NCBI GenBank assembly: GCA_048938895.1
Contig: JBHLLU010000054.1
Coordinates: forward strand, 1 to 25,601
Length of the DNA stretch: 25,601 nucleotides
Direction: 5' to 3'
Origin: Promethearchaeota archaeon
Lineage (GTDB): Archaea > Asgardarchaeota > Lokiarchaeia > Sigyniarchaeales > SOKP01
In this document: one piece after another, positions 20,527 through 25,601 of the stretch
Position numbering within the stretch: the stretch's first letter is position 1
Layout of the letters: each line of letters opens with the position of its first letter
Notes under the pieces: generated by a model
Seen by the model: the letters and a program-made list of their open reading frames with translations, nothing else
Told to the model about the DNA's origin: nothing
Database searches by the model: none
Made by a program: the position numbers and the translations under genes

Positions 20527-20556
20527 TTTTTACCACGAAATGGACTTTTTTACCAC
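20527..20556. promoter_or_regulatory. 10-bp direct repeat TTTTTACCAC x2 at 20-bp spacing, upstream of the regulator (candidate operator)
   Basis: Copies at 20527-20536 and 20547-20556, between a - strand TATA-like element (about 20574-20583) and ATG 20524. Confidence 0.45.
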
Positions 20557-20699
20557 AAATATAAAGGAGCTTATTTATAAATATTTGTCTTTATTTTAAA
20601 TATTTGAATTGTCCAAAGTATGGTCAGGCATTTCCGACCCAAAATCTTTGAAAAGAGAAAAAAAAGAGAAAAAAAAAATTTTGATAGTTGATTATTCTT

Positions 20700-21512
20700 T
20701 TATAATTCTAGTATCGTAAAGAAATTTTGATAAGCTAAACTACCTATAATAAGTCCATCAGGGTCATCAGTTGAAATTTCAAAATATATATATTCTGCCT
20801 TATTTATCCATAATGTATCGGTAAGAACGATATTACTAGCTCCTACGTCCCCAATAAGTTCAATAAACGTTCGGAGGATTCCATTCACTCGAAGAGCCAA
20901 ATCGACTCTATAACCACCCACTAAATGCCCAACCTGTAGATTTACATGTATTTGATAATATCCGTCTCTGGGAGCTATGAATTGATCATTAATTAAATCA
21001 AAATCTGAATTAAGATCGTAGTCAAGAGAATCAAAGTCCACCTTTTCAGTAGTCGCATAAGGGATGGTTTGACCACCTGAATAACCTCGTATCTTTGAAA
21101 GGATTATATTTTCTACATAAACAATTACATCATCCTGGGCTACATCCATGCTGGGAATATCAATCACAATTATAGAAAGATTCCACCACCCATTACCAAT
21201 AGTACTAGTATTCCATACTTTAGGCAAAAAAATTCCTATTTCAGTTCCATTTCTAAGAATAGAAACAGAATAATTCTCACTACCATATATAAAAGCACTA
21301 ATTTTTACATTTCCTGATACAACTTCATCATAATCAGGATCTAATATTTTTACAATTATTCCTCCTAGCGCATCTTTCCCATCAGTTCCATCTTTTCCAG
21401 AAGGTCCTTCAACCACTTGAAAGTTTACAACTGAATATACTCCTACTGCTAATCCAGATAATCCAATGATGAGTGCAATAAGCCCAAAAAATGAATTTTT
21501 ATTTTTTACCAT
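20700..21512 (-). CDS. Membrane-anchored protein with short collagen-like repeat, Ig-like segment and C1q/TNF-like C-terminal domain
   Basis: N-terminal TM helix; GPS-GKD-GTD-GKD; WNT...NGWWNLSI (Ig-like); VDFDSLDYD...FIAPRDGYYQI...FFTI (C1q-like). GAGGTG RBS upstream of ATG 21512. Confidence 0.65.
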   Translation of the reverse strand: MVKNKNSFFGLIALIIGLSGLAVGVYSVVNFQVVEGPSGKDGTDGKDALGGIIVKILDPDYDEVVSGNVKISAFIYGSENYSVSILRNGTEIGIFLPKVWNTSTIGNGWWNLSIIVIDIPSMDVAQDDVIVYVENIILSKIRGYSGGQTIPYATTEKVDFDSLDYDLNSDFDLINDQFIAPRDGYYQIHVNLQVGHLVGGYRVDLALRVNGILRTFIELIGDVGASNIVLTDTLWINKAEYIYFEISTDDPDGLIIGSLAYQNFFTILEL

Positions 21513-21619
21513 AAATTTCACACCTCTAGGTTGTAGACTAAAATGATTATGTTACATGTGTAAGACAGTTTTGTATATAAATATACTATACATTACATAA
21601 TAATGTAAATTCTATTACT

Positions 21620-21835
21620 GGGATGAAATAAGTAAGGACACACTCGAGGAGGTCTGCCCTGCGTTGCTCAATTTGGCATTTGAGAGCGAAAAAGGTCTGC
21701 TCAAAAACCAGTTGGGAAACGTAATTTTCCAAAACCACAAATTATATCGCAGATCTAGCCAGACTCACTTTCCCCTCCTCTAAGGATTATATTTAATAAG
21801 GATTTTTGTTGGATTTTCGGTCAGAAACTCATCCT
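21620..21835 (+). ncRNA. Candidate structured non-coding RNA (family not recognised)
   Basis: GC-enriched non-coding island with nested compatible stems (listed in findings), TATA-like sequence at about 21575-21585 and T-tracts at about 21851-21890. Confidence 0.4.
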
Positions 21836-21959
21836 ATTCCTCTATCCCCTCTTTTGTTTTTTGGCTCTTTTTTCTCTTCTTTTTTTTTATTGAGTAGCCA
21901 GAAAATTACAAATTCTCTATACAAGGGAAACTTAAATCCTTTTTTTTATTATTACAACT

Positions 21960-22075
21960 ATGGGGCTTGTCAATCAAGTATCCCCTATTCTACCTTAAAA
22001 CGCTTAGAAGCAAAAGAACTGGTTGATACTAAAATGGATACACTGAATGGAAGAAAAGTAAAGAAAAAAAAAAAG
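21960..22075 (+). pseudogene. Remnant of a PadR-like winged-helix gene
   Basis: YSTLKRLEAKELVDTKMDTLNGRKVKK resembles the PadR recognition helix and wing (compare YPILRKLEGDGII...GRKRK in the 7336 gene); no plausible N-terminus; decays into an A-run. Confidence 0.45.
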
Positions 22076-22100
22076 GTTAGAGTAAAATTTATTGTATTAT

Positions 22101-22556
22101 TCATTCAAGATATTCTGCGCCTAACTCAGTAGCAAGACCTTGTATCTCTCCAAATGCGAATCTGCCTTAAACGGTAGTTCCGAAAAAGTTTGCATCTTGA
22201 AGGTTTCCTTCAATGACAAGGTCTCCAGACATGTATGCGCTAGTAGAATCAATTTCACCAGCACTTAATCCAGTCCAAGTTGCTTGAGTGGCTTTCATGG
22301 TAACAGTTGCATCATCATTTGCACCTTCACCATACTCAACTGCACCTTCACCAAATTTAACCCAATATTTAAAATCTAGATCAGTAACTTCCATTTGAGC
22401 AATGACAGTATCAATATCCTCGAGTTCTTCCTTAAATTCCTCGTTTTCTTCACCAAGCTGTTTCATGAATTCAAATAATTTAAGAGCATCAGAAGGTTCT
22501 CCTGGACCCTTCTCTCTCATTGCTTTTAACTCATTAATTAAATTTTCATCAACCAT
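22101..22556 (-). CDS. SCP2 sterol/lipid-binding domain protein, probably intron-containing: complement(join(22101..22159,22190..22556)), 141 aa
   Basis: DDATVTMKA...GEIDSTSAYMSGDLVIEGNLQDA is an SCP2 signature. After the TAA at 22169-22167 the same frame continues AFGEIQGLATELGAEYLE*, supplying the missing terminal helix. Confidence 0.8.
22160..22189 (-). other. 30-nt archaeal-type intron with relaxed BHB motif
   Basis: Helix AUGC/GCAG (3 of 4 pairs), bulges AAA and AUU, intron hairpin CUU-UUU-CGG-[AACUA]-CCG-UUU-AAG, in-frame TAA. BHB-register cuts give GAU GCA A|UC GCA UUU = DAIAF. Confidence 0.68.
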
Positions 22557-22679
22557 TCTTTTATCAACTTTTTTTTTTTTTGATATTTTTTTATATGTCA
22601 TCTTGTTTTAAAGTTTTATTTAAAAATTTGCAGTTATGTCCAAAATCACATATAGTCATAGGAATCAATCTATTTAAAA

Positions 22680-23891
22680 TTATAAGCTAAAACAACAATT
22701 TTTATACTTTTTTCCACTTCCACATGGACATGGTGAATTTCGACCTATTTTTGTCGATATAAACGGTATAGAAGAATTAATTTTAATCTCATCTCTTATC
22801 TTCTTGGCTAGTATTATAAAACGAGGCAATGTATAAGCATAGAATTTTTTCCATCCTTTACATAAAGCACTAATGGCATCTAAAACTTGAGAACCATTGA
22901 ATCGGAATTTTTGACAATCTCCATGACATAAATTAATGAATGGGCATTTACAACAGGCCTTATTCCATTTTGCTTTTGCGGAACCAAACTCCTTAAAAAT
23001 TTTAGAATTTATGAACTCATTCCAAGTATTTGTTTTCACATTTCCTAATAAAAGATCTTCTCGAACAAAAAAATCGCAAGGATATACACTCCCATCATAC
23101 TCGACTACAAAATATTGACAACAATTATTACCCATATAACAAACACTATAATTTCCATACACCAAATAATTTAAAATTGAATCGAATAAACGAATTGATA
23201 TCTTTTTTGTATCATTTTTGATCCAGTTATCAAATAATTCGCATAGAAATGCCCCCCATTCCTCTCCTGTAACAGAATATGGTCTAAGATCACCATTCTC
23301 ATCAAATTCTACACATGGGATATACTGGTGATAATAAAATCCATTTTCTTTTAGATATTGATAAATTTCATTAGGCTTTTTAACATTTTTATCATTCACA
23401 AGGGTTAAGATATTAAATTCAACATCATTTATTCTCAAATGATTAATTCCACGCATTACTAAGCTATGTGTTGGTGTATTGCCAATTGTTTTTCTATAAT
23501 AGTCATGAACATCTGGGGGACCATCTAAACTAACGCCAAGAAGAAACTTATATTTAGCAAAAAATTTAGCTAATTCATCTGTAATAAGAGTTCCGTTAGT
23601 TTGAAGTCCGTTACTTATTACTGCACCAGGAGGTGCATGTTTTGTTTGGAATTGCACAACTTTTTGCCAAAATTCTAAACCTAATAAGGTAGGTTCTCCT
23701 CCTTGCCAACCAAATGCATATTGATTATTTTGATCAGTTTGCATATAACTCGCTATCATTGATTCTAATGTAGCTTCTGACATTCTAGGCTTTTTTTCAA
23801 CAATATCTAGATGGTTGATATAAAAACAATATTTACATCTTAGGTTGCAATCTGCTGAAGCTGGTTTAATTAATAATGAAAAGGATTTCAT
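22680..23891 (-). CDS. Anaerobic sulfatase maturase (radical SAM/SPASM) with C-terminal SEC-C motif
   Basis: KPASADCNLRCKYCFY, WQGGEPTL, QTNGTL, SLDGP, GSVYPCDF, CxxC...C..GDC; tail GRNSPCPCGSGKKYKNCC. Confidence 0.93.
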   Translation of the reverse strand: MKSFSLLIKPASADCNLRCKYCFYINHLDIVEKKPRMSEATLESMIASYMQTDQNNQYAFGWQGGEPTLLGLEFWQKVVQFQTKHAPPGAVISNGLQTNGTLITDELAKFFAKYKFLLGVSLDGPPDVHDYYRKTIGNTPTHSLVMRGINHLRINDVEFNILTLVNDKNVKKPNEIYQYLKENGFYYHQYIPCVEFDENGDLRPYSVTGEEWGAFLCELFDNWIKNDTKKISIRLFDSILNYLVYGNYSVCYMGNNCCQYFVVEYDGSVYPCDFFVREDLLLGNVKTNTWNEFINSKIFKEFGSAKAKWNKACCKCPFINLCHGDCQKFRFNGSQVLDAISALCKGWKKFYAYTLPRFIILAKKIRDEIKINSSIPFISTKIGRNSPCPCGSGKKYKNCCFSL

Positions 23892-23921
23892 TTTTGTATG
23901 GTATACGACCTCAGTTTTGAT

Positions 23922-25601
23922 TTATTTTCCCTTAATTTTTACTAATTTGGTCATGGTTCTTAGTAAAGGAAGATAATTTTTAGGAAGTATTTTCTCAAAT
24001 ATTTGTATTAGTATATCTTCATCAATTTCAGTGATATTTTTCTTTATAATCTCCTTTTCTATTTGTGAATTTGTCGGATTATGGAACTGAGATGGAACAT
24101 AGCCCATAATTAGAGAATACATGCTTTTTCCTTTGTTATTCCAGATAATTGCTGTATCTGCAATTTTACCTTTCATCCCAGAGCGCGCTTCAGTTAGATT
24201 TAAATGTTCATCTGTAATTTCACCTTCATATGGGATTCCAAGACGTTCAAATTGTTCAGTTGGAGAATCATTTTCTTTCATTTCTTTAACTAAAGCTCTT
24301 ATCATCCTTTTCTCAATATCAGAATCAATCAGTGGACGTTCTTGATGAGGATCATTTTGAAGATCAAAAAGTAGGCTCCCAAAAACATAGGGATTAACAT
24401 ATGTGGATCTTGCCTCGGTCTTTATAAGTTTAATTCCTTTTGTAAAGCTAAAAGGATCTGCTAAATCGATGGTTTTTAATTCATTAAGAGCAAAAAATCC
24501 ACGCATGTGGGTAGGCATAAGAGTATATTCATAAATTGGTTTGTTTAAAATGTTTGTTGGCGCTCTCATATAAATATAACGCCCATCTGTAACATTTACA
24601 TGGGCTCCATGTGTTCCAAATATTAGATAATTCCTAATTTTCACATCTGAATCAACAGAATCTTTTAATACTTTACCCTGCATATCTTTTGTACGGGTTA
24701 TTCTGAAAAACTCAAGGATTGTAGGAACAATATCTGTAGTTTGCACTAAAGCGGTTCTTCTTTCATTTTTCTTTCCCGATCTTGGATCCCAGATAAATAA
24801 TGGTATTTGTGCTATCTCATTATAGATCGGTTGTACCCCCTTTGCCCACCAACCTTTCTCTCCTAAAAGAAAACCATGATCTGTAGAAACAATAAGCATT
24901 GTATCTTTCCACATATCTTTTTCATCCATCATATCAAGGAGTTTGCCAAGATATGCATCGCACATACTCACGGAAGCAGCGTACTCTTTTCGAATATGTT
25001 GTACCTGTTCTTCAGTTTCAGTTACTATTCCATAATTAGGCCAATCGAAATGTGGACCGTCATACTTATGTTTATATAAATCTTTATATTTTTGTTGGGT
25101 AAAAAAGGGTTCATGTGGATCAAATGTTTCAATGTGAAGGAACCAATTATCTTCCATATGGTTTTTATCAATGAATTCTAAGGCGAGTTTAAATGTTCCT
25201 GCTTGAGGCTGGTTTTCTTCTTTTTGCATATACTTACGGTTTACCCAATCTTGGCGCCAATGAGGCCAACCTTGCCGTATATTAGGTACGGTCTCAGGGA
25301 TGTCAGGATCTTTTACTTCTCCTTTCCAAGCATCTCCTTCATGACCTCGAATAATTTCCCATGTATTAAATCTGCTATGATATGTTAAACCACCATCTTC
25401 CCAATAATGATAATGATCACTAACAAGATGAGAATAAATATTGTTCCTCTTCAAAATCTCAGGCATTGAGTCATCAAACGGTTCTAAAGGCCCCCAACTC
25501 CTATGTAAAAAGTTGTGTCTTCCCGTATGAAGTTCTCTTCTAGCGGGAATGCACATTAAACTGCCACAATAGCAATTATCAAATGTTACGGTTTTTTTAC
25601 C
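23922..25601 (-). CDS. Cys-type sulfatase, 5' end beyond the window
   Basis: Frame is open to the window edge: GKKTVTFDNCYCGSLM-CIPARRELHTGR (CxPxR formylglycine motif), FDPHEPF, TDHGFLLGEKGWWAK; adjacent to the maturase. Confidence 0.93.
   Translation of the reverse strand, partial: GKKTVTFDNCYCGSLMCIPARRELHTGRHNFLHRSWGPLEPFDDSMPEILKRNNIYSHLVSDHYHYWEDGGLTYHSRFNTWEIIRGHEGDAWKGEVKDPDIPETVPNIRQGWPHWRQDWVNRKYMQKEENQPQAGTFKLALEFIDKNHMEDNWFLHIETFDPHEPFFTQQKYKDLYKHKYDGPHFDWPNYGIVTETEEQVQHIRKEYAASVSMCDAYLGKLLDMMDEKDMWKDTMLIVSTDHGFLLGEKGWWAKGVQPIYNEIAQIPLFIWDPRSGKKNERRTALVQTTDIVPTILEFFRITRTKDMQGKVLKDSVDSDVKIRNYLIFGTHGAHVNVTDGRYIYMRAPTNILNKPIYEYTLMPTHMRGFFALNELKTIDLADPFSFTKGIKLIKTEARSTYVNPYVFGSLLFDLQNDPHQERPLIDSDIEKRMIRALVKEMKENDSPTEQFERLGIPYEGEITDEHLNLTEARSGMKGKIADTAIIWNNKGKSMYSLIMGYVPSQFHNPTNSQIEKEIIKKNITEIDEDILIQIFEKILPKNYLPLLRTMTKLVKIKGK

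Noticed and set aside
21640-21835. RNase P RNA or cobalamin riboswitch identity for the structured element
   Set aside because: GAGGAGGUCUGCCC only loosely resembles the RNase P 5' P4 strand and no complementary 3' strand is present. The cobalamin core GGGAA-x-GGUG-x-AAUCC is absent.
21806-22132. 108-aa ORF as a real gene
   Set aside because: The N-terminal half is translated T-tracts and the C-terminus is an A-run overlapping the true 3' exon of the SCP2 gene. Only the PadR-like middle looks protein-derived.

Overview
AT-rich archaeal chromosomal window, most consistent with an Asgard (Lokiarchaeia-like) genome (inferred from gene content, not from a database search). It holds a pterin/methanopterin-related cluster (RFAP synthase, MptD-type aldolase, DUF447, a PurM/AIR-synthase-like gene), LarE, a PadR-HAAS pair, a CocE hydrolase, an orphan N6-adenine methyltransferase, an ether-lipid operon (polyprenol kinase-like, GGR, GGGP synthase, DGGGP synthase), a URO-D family protein, a GH1 glycosidase, an RHH-HisKA-receiver regulator, a collagen/C1q-like protein, an SCP2 protein and a sulfatase/anSME pair. 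Main discovery: two unrelated protein-coding genes are each interrupted by a 30-nt, frame-preserving, stop-containing insert that folds into a bulge-helix-bulge (BHB) splicing-endonuclease substrate. The motif is canonical at 4435-4464 in the AIR-synthase-like gene and relaxed at 22160-22189 in the SCP2 gene. Cutting at the standard BHB positions restores continuous, family-like proteins, which points to tRNA-type pre-mRNA splicing in this lineage. A candidate structured ncRNA (about 21620-21835) and two candidate operators are also present.
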